NCBI GenBank assembly: GCA_038874655.1
Contig: JAVZBY010000009.1
Location: 1-43,155, forward strand
Source of the DNA: Candidatus Woesearchaeota archaeon
GTDB lineage: Archaea; Nanobdellota; Nanobdellia; Woesearchaeales; GW2011-AR15
DNA: 43,155 nucleotides
Direction: 5' to 3'
In this document: in pieces, positions 18,539 through 27,462 of the stretch
Layout: the number at the start of each line of letters is the position of its first letter
Numbering within the stretch: position 1 is the first letter of the stretch
The notes under the pieces: model-generated
Told to the model about the DNA's origin: nothing
The model's database searches: none
Seen by the model: only the letters and a program-made list of their open reading frames with translations
Position numbers and translations under genes: made by a program

Positions 18539-19057
18539 CTATATTTTTATTATTTTTGCGTTTATTTGATTTTCTTTTATTTCCAAAATCGCAATTGAGG
18601 GTTTTGTCCAATTATAATTTTTATAATTGTCAGGAGAAATGCATAATGTTCCAGGATTAATAAAGAGAGTTTTTTCATTTTTTTTTATTTCTGCTTTATG
18701 CGTATGCCCTATTAATAAGATATCATATTTTTTGCTGGAAAATAAATCCTCAACAATTTCAGAAGGATCTCCATGAAACGCTAAAATATTCTTTCCTTCA
18801 ATAAAATCTAATAATATTTCACCATAAATTTCAATATTATCTGATTTGAATTTATACATCCTATTCACATCAGAATCATTGTTTCCTAATACCATTTTTA
18901 AATTGCATTTTAGATCTTTAAATAAAGAAAGCATAAAAGGGCTACATAAATCTCCTAAGTGATAAACCAAAGAAACTTTTTCTCTATTAAAAATGGAAAT
19001 TGCTTTTTTTGTTTTTTCTATTTGATCATGTGTATCTGAGATAATGCCTATTTTCAT
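18539..19057 (-). CDS. YfcE/MJ0936 family metallophosphoesterase
   Basis: ISDTHD, HLGD, GNND, FHG, GHTH, INPG. Confidence 0.92.
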   Translation of the reverse strand: MKIGIISDTHDQIEKTKKAISIFNREKVSLVYHLGDLCSPFMLSLFKDLKCNLKMVLGNNDSDVNRMYKFKSDNIEIYGEILLDFIEGKNILAFHGDPSEIVEDLFSSKKYDILLIGHTHKAEIKKNEKTLFINPGTLCISPDNYKNYNWTKPSIAILEIKENQINAKIIKI

Positions 19058-19096
19058 TTTAACATTTTTTATTATTTGATATGGGTTTAATAATTT

Positions 19097-20275
19097 TTAA
19101 ATTTTTTTATAGAATAAATTATAATTTTCTTCCAATGCTTTTATTCCCGGCATTTCTTTCCCTGATAATAATTCTAAAGATGCACCCCCTCCTGTTGAAA
19201 CTAAAGTCATTTTATCTTCTAAACCAAATTTAATTATGGCTTCTCCACTATCTCCGCCACCAATGATTTTAGTTATGTTTAATTCTGCTAAATGCCTCGC
19301 AATATCCCATGTTCCTCTCTTAAATGGCTCCCATTCAAACACACCTATTGGGCCTGCCCATACAACTGTTTTTGCTTTGCTTAGAATTTCTTTATATCCT
19401 GTTATAGTATAAGGGCCAATATCCATAATGATCCATCCTGTAATATCGTCTGGCAAACCTGCACATCTTGTTTTTGCATTTTCTGAAAAAGAATCTGCAC
19501 ATATATAATCAACTGGCAAAGCTATTTTATTTGGATATTTTTCTAACATTTTTTTTGCATAATCTAAATATTCTTTACTATACTTTGAATTTCCTATATT
19601 AAGGCCTTTTGCTTTTAAAAAGGTGTTTGCTAAAACACCACCTACAATTAGGGTATCCACTTTTTCAATTAATCTATCAATAACAGAGATTTTGTCTTCT
19701 TTTGCACCACCAATTATGGCAACAAAAGGTTTTTCTGGATTTTCCATTTTTTCTTTTAAAAAAGTAACTTCTTTTTCCATTAAAAAGCCCATACAACTAG
19801 GTAAAAATTTTGGAATTCCTGAAACAGAGGCTTGGTCTCTATGACAAACACCAAAAGCATCAAAAACAAAAAGATCTGCAAAAGATGCTAATTTCTCTGC
19901 TAATTTTAAGTCATTTTCTTCTTCGCCTTTATCAAATCTAATATTTTCTAACATTATCCTTTGAAAATCTGGTAAAACAGGAATGTTTCTAATATATGGG
20001 TTACTGTGAAACATAAAATCTTTCCCTAGTAATTGATTTAATCTTTCACAAACAGGTTTTAGAGAAAATTCTGGTTGATATGATTCGGGTCTGCCCAAAT
20101 GGCTTATTATTATTAATTGCTTAGGTTTTTTTTCTAAAATGTATTCTATTGTTGGAATTGCTTTTCTTATTCTAGAATCATCACTAATCACATTATTTTT
20201 TATGGGTACATTAAAATCAACTCTTAAAAGAACTCTTTTATCCTTAAAATTAAAATCTTTTAATTTAAAATACAT
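19097..20275 (-). CDS. pgk: Phosphoglycerate kinase
   Basis: RVDFNVP, SHLGRP, LENIRF, GGAK, STGGGASLE; start set at ATG 20275 from SD GAGGTG spacing. Confidence 0.97.
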   Translation of the reverse strand: MYFKLKDFNFKDKRVLLRVDFNVPIKNNVISDDSRIRKAIPTIEYILEKKPKQLIIISHLGRPESYQPEFSLKPVCERLNQLLGKDFMFHSNPYIRNIPVLPDFQRIMLENIRFDKGEEENDLKLAEKLASFADLFVFDAFGVCHRDQASVSGIPKFLPSCMGFLMEKEVTFLKEKMENPEKPFVAIIGGAKEDKISVIDRLIEKVDTLIVGGVLANTFLKAKGLNIGNSKYSKEYLDYAKKMLEKYPNKIALPVDYICADSFSENAKTRCAGLPDDITGWIIMDIGPYTITGYKEILSKAKTVVWAGPIGVFEWEPFKRGTWDIARHLAELNITKIIGGGDSGEAIIKFGLEDKMTLVSTGGGASLELLSGKEMPGIKALEENYNLFYKKI

Positions 20276-20406
20276 CATTAACACCTCTTTTTTAAAAAAG
20301 TTTATGTGTTTTGAAAGATTATTGTTTTATATAAAAATTTCTTTTTATGAAATTTAAGTTTTATAAATAATTATTTATCCATACTTATATAAAACATCAC
20401 TTTAAT

Positions 20407-21249
20407 TTAAACATCTATCCCGATATATTTTCTTAAAATGAAACCAACTAAAAAGCTTATTAATGCTACTGTTAAAGATATGATTGCCATTTCAATAAAT
20501 TTTGGCAAGAATTTTGTGTTTTTTGCTGTTGAGATATAAAAAGTGTAAAAAGCTATTATAGATATTGTTGTGGATAACATTATTATCATTGAAAGCATTA
20601 CATTATTAATTAAAATAAAAGGAAGTATTAAAAGTAAGACTGTTATTATATAAGCGATTCCTGTATATGTTGCACCTTTTAATGAATCTTTATTGTTCTC
20701 TTCTTTTGAAGATAAATAGGCTGATGCTGCCATTGACATAGATGCAGCAAAACCAGTAATAAAACCTACTGTTGCAATTAATTTGCCATTTTGTATTGCT
20801 AATGATAAGCCTGCTAATGCTCCTGTTAATTCTACTAAGGCATCATTTAAACCTAAAACAATTGAACCCGCATATTCTATTCTTGAATCTTTTAGAATAT
20901 TTATTAGTGCATTTTCATGATTATGCTCATCTTTTAACAATGTTTTAAAATCCTCATGTTTTTGTGTTTCATAAAGTTTTTGTGCATATTGTTCTCCTTT
21001 TTCCATTAATCTTATTGCAAAAGAAATCCCAAAAATTTTAGCTAAAAAAGAATATAAAAAAATTTTAAATTTATCTGGTTGGACATCTTTATTAGAATGT
21101 TTTTTTAAAATATTGTAATGCTTTAATTCATCATTAGATAATTTTTCAAGTGTTTTTTTATTATAATTATCTTTAGATCTTTTTGCTAAATTTAAATAAA
21201 TAAAGTGTTCTGTTATTTCGTTTTTTTGTGCTTTTAGGATGAGGTTCAT
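20407..21249 (-). CDS. Ferritin-like domain plus VIT1/CCC1 iron/manganese transporter
   Basis: E..E, DELKH and DEHNHE di-iron motifs; VLGLNDALVE; SMAASAYLS. Confidence 0.9.
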   Translation of the reverse strand: MNLILKAQKNEITEHFIYLNLAKRSKDNYNKKTLEKLSNDELKHYNILKKHSNKDVQPDKFKIFLYSFLAKIFGISFAIRLMEKGEQYAQKLYETQKHEDFKTLLKDEHNHENALINILKDSRIEYAGSIVLGLNDALVELTGALAGLSLAIQNGKLIATVGFITGFAASMSMAASAYLSSKEENNKDSLKGATYTGIAYIITVLLLILPFILINNVMLSMIIMLSTTISIIAFYTFYISTAKNTKFLPKFIEMAIISLTVALISFLVGFILRKYIGIDV

Positions 21250-21347
21250 TTTAATTTTTTAATTTTTTTCTAAATCTTGGTAAATATTTTTTAATGTTAT
21301 CATAAAATTTTTTAAAGATATCTTTAAAATTTATTTAAAATTTTGTT

Positions 21348-21992
21348 TTAATCTATATAACCTTTAACAATTAATCTCCCCATTGGTGTTAAATCTACTG
21401 AAACTTTGCCTTTTTCTTCTTTTGTTTCAACTAAGCCCATTGTTTTTAAACCTTCTGATTTTAAATTGCCGTTTATATGATAAGAAATTAAAGGTAAACT
21501 CATTCCAGTAAGTTTACTTAATTCTTCTAACGAAGAACAACAATTTTTATCATACAATATTTTTAAAATTTGCATTTTTTTATCTGGAATCATTCTATAA
21601 TAACTGAATTTCATTACTGGAAGCATCATTACTTCATTTCCTGATGTTGCAAATGCCTTAAAACCATTAACAAATGCAGCACTTGTTGCTGCACATCTCG
21701 TAACTTTGTCACCTGTTGCAACATTGACTAAAACTTCTTTGTCTTTTTCATTAATCTTTATTTCTGATATTGCTTTAAAGATATTCTCCCATATCTCTAT
21801 TTCAGAATCCCCTTCTATAAAGATTATATGCATAGGAATTTTGTATTTTTCTAAATCTTGCTTTAATTTATTTGCTTCTTCTTTTTTAGATAAAGGTGAA
21901 ACTAGTATAACTTTTTCAGTTGGAAATTCTTTTAAACCAACAAATAATGCATCTGGGTTATCACCCATTGGAGCTATTATAATATATTTCAT
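21348..21992 (-). CDS. CARF-like Rossmann plus winged-HTH regulator (Csa3/DUF6293-like)
   Basis: IIIAPMG..., VLVNVATGDK motif; C-terminal SLEELSKLTGMSLPLISYH...LT..G wHTH. Confidence 0.65.
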   Translation of the reverse strand: MKYIIIAPMGDNPDALFVGLKEFPTEKVILVSPLSKKEEANKLKQDLEKYKIPMHIIFIEGDSEIEIWENIFKAISEIKINEKDKEVLVNVATGDKVTRCAATSAAFVNGFKAFATSGNEVMMLPVMKFSYYRMIPDKKMQILKILYDKNCCSSLEELSKLTGMSLPLISYHINGNLKSEGLKTMGLVETKEEKGKVSVDLTPMGRLIVKGYID

Positions 21993-22147
21993 GAATAAAA
22001 AAAAATTGATTTTTGTTTATATAATTTTTTATTTGATTTTTAAAATTTAATTTAAAAGAATTTGAAAAAGGTTTTTTATTTTTTTATTATTTAGATAGGA
22101 ATTTTATTTAAGATAAGTTTAAATACCCTTATTTTTTTGAAAAATCT

Positions 22148-23971
22148 ATGCAAACAAAATTAAATCCTAATGAAAATGAAAAATTAGAAAATAAAAACAA
22201 TGAAAGTAATGAAAATAATTTTGATAATATAATTGATAATAAAAAGACAAATGAAAAAAAAGATAATGAAAATAACAAACCTATTGCGTTAGAATTAGCT
22301 AAAAAGCAGAGAGAAATTTCAATTGCTGAATTTTTTGAGAAAAATAGACATTTGTTAGGATTTGATAACAGAAAAAAAGCATTGTTAACTACAATAAAAG
22401 AAGCTGTTGATAATTCTTTAGATGCATGTGAAGAGGCAAAAATTCTTCCTGAAATAGTTGTTATGATTACAGATATGGGTAATTATAGATATAGAGTTTT
22501 AATTGAAGATAATGGCCCTGGAATTGTTAAAGAACAAATTCCAAATATTTTTGCTAAATTACTTTATGGAAGCAAGTTTCATCGCTTAAAACAAAGTAGA
22601 GGACAACAAGGTATTGGAATTAGTGCTTCTGTAATGTATGGACAATTAACTACTGGAAGACCTGCAAAAATAATTTCTAAAATTGGGCCTAATTATCCTG
22701 CATATGAGATTGAATTAAAATTGGATACTAGTAAAAATAAACCAATTATTGTATCTCAAAAAGAGATTGAATGGCATAGAGATCATGGAACTAGTGTTGA
22801 AATAGATTTGGAAGGTGATTATTTAAAAGGTTCTCAATCTGTTGATGAATACTTAAAACAAACAGCAATAATAAATCCACATGCCACTATTATTTATCAA
22901 CCTCCAAATGGAAGCCAAATTATGTTTGTAAGAGCAACAGAAGAATTACCAAAAGAAGCTAAAGAAATAAAACCACATCCTTATGGTGTTGAATTAGGTA
23001 TGTTAATGAAGATGCTCGAGAACACAGAATATAGAACTTTACAATCATTTTTAATTAATGAATTTTCAAGAGTCGGAAGTGGAACTGCAAAAGAGATATG
23101 TGAACATGCTTTTTTATTGCCTAACACAGATCCAAGAAAGATGAGTAGAGAAATGGCTGAAAAATTAATGGAGGGAATTAAAAAAACAAAAATAATGAAT
23201 CCACCAACAGACACAATTTCTCCAATTGGAAAAGAGCTATTAGAAAAAGGGTTAAAAAAGGAGATTAATGCTGAATTTTATACCTCAACAACAAGACCTC
23301 CTGCTGTATATAGAGGAAATCCTTTTATTGTTGAAGCTGCTATTGCATATGGAGGTAATTTGCCAGAAGAAGAACCAGTTGAAGTATTAAGATTTGCTAA
23401 TAGAGTTCCATTGCTTTATCAACAAGGTGCTTGCGCAATAACAAAAGCAATTACAACAACAAATTGGAAATCTTATGGATTAAAACAAAGCACAGGAAGT
23501 TTACCAATTGGCCCGTGTGTTATTCAAGTCCATATAGCATCTGTTTGGGTACCTTTTACAAGTGAAGCAAAAGAAGCTATTGCTCATTATCCTGAAATAA
23601 TAAAAGAAGTAAAGCTTGCATTACAAGAAGTTGGTAGAGAATTAGGCAAATATTTGAGTAAAAAACAAAGATTAAAACATGAATTAACAAAAGTTGATTA
23701 TATATCAAAATATCTACCTCATGTAAGTTCTGCATTACAAGAAATATTAAAATTAGATGAAAATGAAAAACAAAGATTAGAGCAGCATTTAAGAGTAGTT
23801 TTAGAAAAAACAAGAAGCGTTAAGATGGATGAATTAGAAGAATTAAAGAAGGATTATGGGCCAAAAATAAAAAGAGAATCTATTGAGGACTATGAATATA
23901 TAGAGAATGAAGATGAAGTTTATGAAGAAGACAATAGTGAAAAAAAGAAAATCAGAAAATTTGGATTTTGA
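22148..23971 (+). CDS. top6B: DNA topoisomerase VI subunit B
   Basis: [36 protein letters not shown]. Confidence 0.97.
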   Translation: MQTKLNPNENEKLENKNNESNENNFDNIIDNKKTNEKKDNENNKPIALELAKKQREISIAEFFEKNRHLLGFDNRKKALLTTIKEAVDNSLDACEEAKILPEIVVMITDMGNYRYRVLIEDNGPGIVKEQIPNIFAKLLYGSKFHRLKQSRGQQGIGISASVMYGQLTTGRPAKIISKIGPNYPAYEIELKLDTSKNKPIIVSQKEIEWHRDHGTSVEIDLEGDYLKGSQSVDEYLKQTAIINPHATIIYQPPNGSQIMFVRATEELPKEAKEIKPHPYGVELGMLMKMLENTEYRTLQSFLINEFSRVGSGTAKEICEHAFLLPNTDPRKMSREMAEKLMEGIKKTKIMNPPTDTISPIGKELLEKGLKKEINAEFYTSTTRPPAVYRGNPFIVEAAIAYGGNLPEEEPVEVLRFANRVPLLYQQGACAITKAITTTNWKSYGLKQSTGSLPIGPCVIQVHIASVWVPFTSEAKEAIAHYPEIIKEVKLALQEVGRELGKYLSKKQRLKHELTKVDYISKYLPHVSSALQEILKLDENEKQRLEQHLRVVLEKTRSVKMDELEELKKDYGPKIKRESIEDYEYIENEDEVYEEDNSEKKKIRKFGF

Positions 23972-24028
23972 AGAAAATAATTATGAAGAATATGAAAATG
24001 AAGAATAAGATTAAACGGATGATGTAAA

Positions 24029-25123
24029 ATGACTGAAAATCAAGAACCAGTTCCTGAAAAAATAAAAAAAATATCAATGAAAATTTATAATGAAATAATC
24101 AATGAGCAAAAACCAGAAATAAATATGCCATTGAGAAGTTTGGCTAATGTCACATATGATGAGAAGGTTGGATATTTTGAATTGGATAACAAATTTAAAT
24201 CTAGAACATTAACAGCATCAACAGTAAAGACATTTGCACAAACATTAAGGATGATGGCACTCTCAAAAAATATTGTAGAAACAGATGATATTGCAACAAA
24301 GAGAGAAGTTTATTATGTAAGTAAAAATTGGGGAGATGCTAGATTTCATGAGCAAATAGAATCTGATACTGTTATGGATGATATTGAAGCAATGTTTATG
24401 GTAAATAGAGAGCAACTAGGTTTTATTCCTGAAGAAAAAGGAGGTGATGTTGCAGGAAAATTAATTGTTATTGATAAAGATCCTGATACTGGAAAAGAAT
24501 TAAGAATTGATTGCACAAAGTTTGGCTCCGGTGCATATTCTATTCCTATTTCTGTTGAGCATTTAAAATTTGAGACAGATGCGAAATTTATTTTAGCAAT
24601 TGAAACAGCAGGTATGTTTCAAAGATTAGTTAAGCATGCATATTGGAAAACTGCTAATTGTATTTTAGTTTCAATGGGAGGAGTTCCTACTAGAAGTGTT
24701 AGAAGATTTATAAGAAGATTGGCAGATGAGAAAGGAATTCCTGTTTATGTTTTCACTGATGGAGATCCTTATGGTTTTTTGAACATTTATAGAACTTTAA
24801 AAGTTGGGAGTGGTAATGCTGCTCATATTAACAAATATTTTTGTGTGCCACAAGCAAAGTTTTTTGGAATTACAACACAGGACATAATTGATTATAAATT
24901 ACCAACTCATCCATTAAAAGATGTTGATATTAAAAGAATAAAAGATGGTATTAAAAATGATCCTTTTGTTAAACATTATAAACAATGGGAAAAAGCATTA
25001 ATAGAAATGGCTAAAATGAAAAAAAGAGCAGAACAACAGGCATTAGCTCAATGGGGTTTAAATTTTGTTATTAGCAATTATTTGCCTGATAAATTGAAAA
25101 ATCCGAAAAGCTGGTTGCCTTAA
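24029..25123 (+). CDS. top6A: DNA topoisomerase VI subunit A
   Basis: REVYY catalytic Tyr; TOPRIM IE...FTDGDPYG; AEQQAL. Confidence 0.97.
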   Translation: MTENQEPVPEKIKKISMKIYNEIINEQKPEINMPLRSLANVTYDEKVGYFELDNKFKSRTLTASTVKTFAQTLRMMALSKNIVETDDIATKREVYYVSKNWGDARFHEQIESDTVMDDIEAMFMVNREQLGFIPEEKGGDVAGKLIVIDKDPDTGKELRIDCTKFGSGAYSIPISVEHLKFETDAKFILAIETAGMFQRLVKHAYWKTANCILVSMGGVPTRSVRRFIRRLADEKGIPVYVFTDGDPYGFLNIYRTLKVGSGNAAHINKYFCVPQAKFFGITTQDIIDYKLPTHPLKDVDIKRIKDGIKNDPFVKHYKQWEKALIEMAKMKKRAEQQALAQWGLNFVISNYLPDKLKNPKSWLP

Positions 25124-25167
25124 AATTGATTATTTTATCACTTAGATAATCTTAAAGCAATAAGTTA

Positions 25168-25491
25168 TTACCAAGAATTTTCAGAATCCTTAAATAAAGA
25201 AGGTAAACCAAAAATTAATCTTGCTCTGTTTACAAAATCAAATTCCTCTAATTTTAAAGCAATTGGTTTTAAATGTCCTTTGTCAATTTGCCAAATACTA
25301 TACCTAATACCTCCAGGAATTTGTGATATTAATAAATCTAGGTTAGAATAATCATTTATTTTTGAACCATGAGAAAAATTATGAATAGTAGGAACTATAG
25401 AAATTGTAATTATATAACCTAAATCAGTTAAGATATGAATGCTTCATGAACATTTTTTAAAGATATTTCTCCATATATCATTTATTAACAT
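25168..25491 (-). pseudogene. Interrupted small ORF (in-frame TGA at codon 16, or a 1-nt frameshift)
   Basis: ATG 25491, TGA at 25444-25446, then 91 further sense codons to TAA 25168. Confidence 0.45.
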
Positions 25492-25589
25492 TTTTATCCT
25501 ATTATACTTAAAGGTTTCTATTTTTTTAAAAAAATTAGTTAATAATTATCCAAAACATTTTAAAATAGAAAGAAAATCCTTTATTTAAA

Positions 25590-25690
25590 GGCCTAGTAGC
25601 TCAGCTTGGATAGAGCGGCAGCCTTCTAAGATAATGCATAAATGCATCAAAGTCAGCTGAAGGTCGGGGGTTCAAATCCTCCCTAGGCCA
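25590..25690 (+). tRNA. tRNA-Arg(TCT) with 26-nt intron (25629-25654)
   Basis: GGCCTAG/CTAGGCC acceptor; GCAGC-CT-TCT-A|intron|A-GCTGA; GGGGG-TTCAAAT-CCTCC. Confidence 0.92.
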
Positions 25691-25801
25691 TAATCAATTT
25701 CCATTCTTAAACTTTAAAAAAAAGTATGGTTTTATTTATAGTATTTATAAAGTTTAAATTATTATATTTAAAATATTTGTGCTTTAAATTGTAAAGATTA
25801 T

Positions 25802-25930
25802 GCCACGGTCGCATAATGGTATTGCGAGGGTCTCGAATATAAAATATATGCAAAAAAATTATGTGAAAAGATTAATTATACAGAAAACCCTTGCCGAAAG
25901 GCATTCTCGGTTCGAATCCGAGCCGTGGCG
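25802..25930 (+). tRNA. tRNA-Ser(CGA) with 48-nt intron (25838-25885)
   Basis: GCCACGG/CCGTGGC, G73, long variable arm TGCC-GAAA-GGCA, AGGGT/ACCCT anticodon stem. Confidence 0.92.
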
Positions 25931-26045
25931 TTTTTTTTATGTTTTGCGATAGCAAAACCTTTTTACGGAGTAAAAAGATTTTTGATTAAACTTTTGTTTA
26001 AAAGTTTAGTTCTGAATCCGAGCCGTGGCGTTTTTTTTATGTTTT
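25914..26045 (+). repeat. Exact 32-bp direct repeat of the tRNA-Ser 3' end and T-tract (25914-25945 and 26014-26045)
   Basis: gaatccgagccgtggcgttttttttatgtttt twice, period 100 bp. Confidence 0.95.
25941..26008. mobile_element. Three-hairpin REP/MITE-like insert
   Basis: Perfect stems gttttgc-gata-gcaaaac, ctttttac-gga-gtaaaaag and taaactttt-gttt-aaaagttta. Confidence 0.55.
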
Positions 26046-26105
26046 AATTTTCTTTTAGTTATATTTAATTAGTTTAAGATCTTAATATTTTTAGTAATAT
26101 AAGAT

Positions 26106-26660
26106 TTAATAAGTTTTTTTTGCTAATTCAATATATCCTTCTGGAATGACAAATTTTCCGTTTTCTATCAAATATCTATAGGGTAAAATTACTTCTTGAT
26201 ATTTGCCAATTTTTATTTTTAATTTTTTAAATTTCATTTTTTCTATTGGCAAACCATGTATTATTTTCCAAGCTACATATGCAGCTGTATTAGTAGACAT
26301 TTGTACTTTACCTAAATTTCTTGAAGGATAATTTAATTTATTAGTTAATTCTTTTTTTGTCCTTTTTTGAGGTGGATAATCTCCTAAAATACCTCCAATT
26401 ATTAGATAATCAAATTTATCATTTGGTGTTAAGGTTTGTTTAGCAAATGGATCTAAAACACATGCATTTTTGAAATTTAATTTTTCAATTTTTTCTTTAT
26501 AAATGGTTCCATAATCTTTTAATTTCTCACTTGCTTTATCTGTTTTTATATTAGTAAAAATAATGTTTTCTTTACCTATTAATTGTGAGGCATGTATATA
26601 TTCTAATAAAGACCATTTCCATAATCTTTTATCTAAATGCTCTATTATTATTTTTGTCAT
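26106..26660 (-). CDS. Sfm1-like (DUF431) SPOUT methyltransferase
   Basis: IIEHL..W..LEY, IIGGILGDYPP..RT, RNLG..QMSTNTA, LPYRY. Confidence 0.85.
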   Translation of the reverse strand: MTKIIIEHLDKRLWKWSLLEYIHASQLIGKENIIFTNIKTDKASEKLKDYGTIYKEKIEKLNFKNACVLDPFAKQTLTPNDKFDYLIIGGILGDYPPQKRTKKELTNKLNYPSRNLGKVQMSTNTAAYVAWKIIHGLPIEKMKFKKLKIKIGKYQEVILPYRYLIENGKFVIPEGYIELAKKTY

Positions 26661-26739
26661 TAAAAAAAGAAAGTTGAAAACTTTTATAAATATGTCAATT
26701 TTTTATAATTATTAAGTAAAATCAATTTGTAAAAATAAT

Positions 26740-26863
26740 GCGGGGGTAGCCAAGCGGCTAAGGCAGTCGCCTGCAGTGCTGCCGAATGCTATGGCTGTGT
26801 AGAGCCGAAAGGCAATGACATTTAGACAGCGACGATTCGAGGGTTCGAGTCCCTCCCCTCGCT
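26740..26863 (+). tRNA. tRNA-Cys(GCA) with 51-nt intron (26777-26827)
   Basis: GCGGGGG/CCCTCGC, U73, GTCGC-CT-GCA-G|intron|A-GCGAC, GAGGG-TTCGAGT-CCCTC; T-tract follows. Confidence 0.92.
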
Positions 26864-26916
26864 CTTTTTTTTTTATTATTTTATTAAAAATATTAAAAAA
26901 CTTAAAAAAATAGAAA

Positions 26917-27406
26917 ATGGAATTTTCAATTGAAATTGGATTAATTATTTTATTTGCTTTATTGAGTGGTGTTTTATCTGTAAGATTTAGAATTCCAACT
27001 GTTTTAGGACTTATTTTCATTGGTGCTTTAGTAGGAAACTTAAATCTTATAAAAGATCATAAATTATTAGATATTGTCCTAGAAATTGGAGCTATTTTAT
27101 TATTATTTACTGTAGGTATAGAATTTAATTTAGAAAAGTTAAAAAAATTTGGGTTAAGTAAATTCAAAAGCTTTTTTTATGGTCAATTATCAGGTATTAT
27201 TGAACAAATTTTTGGTTTAATTGGATTTTTCTTAGTTTTCATCGCTAAATTTGTCTTATGCTTTAGCTTTTGCAGCAGGTGCTATGGTTTTTGTAATTGT
27301 AGAGGAATTAATTCCAGAATCACAAATAGGAGGTAATTCTGATTTTTCAACTCTAGGGGTTATTTTGGGTTTTACTATGATGAGGATCTTACTTTCTTTT
27401 TATTAA
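26917..27406 (+). pseudogene. Chimeric pseudogene: CPA2 cation/H+ antiporter 5' part fused to a frameshifted ZIP/ZupT 3' part
   Basis: IPTVLGLIFIGALVG..LLLFTVGIEF, then FFYGQLSGIIE and, after a frameshift near 27257, YALAFAAGAMVFVIVEELIPES. Confidence 0.85.
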
Positions 27407-27462
27407 TATTTTTTACTTTTTAGTACTAAACATGATATAAATTTAAATATAACTAATTGTTA

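Noticed and set aside
21310-21329. Perfect 20-bp palindrome ttttaaagatatctttaaaa as an operator
   Set aside because: Almost all A/T, so plausible by chance at this composition; no second copy noticed
25444-25446. Selenocysteine or genome-wide TGA recoding
   Set aside because: TGA is a normal stop for several genes here (marC, DUF460, CxxC protein); no SECIS-like hairpin or known selenoprotein motif was seen
26712-27020. 102-aa minus-strand ORF
   Set aside because: Antisense to tRNA-Cys and the antiporter fragment
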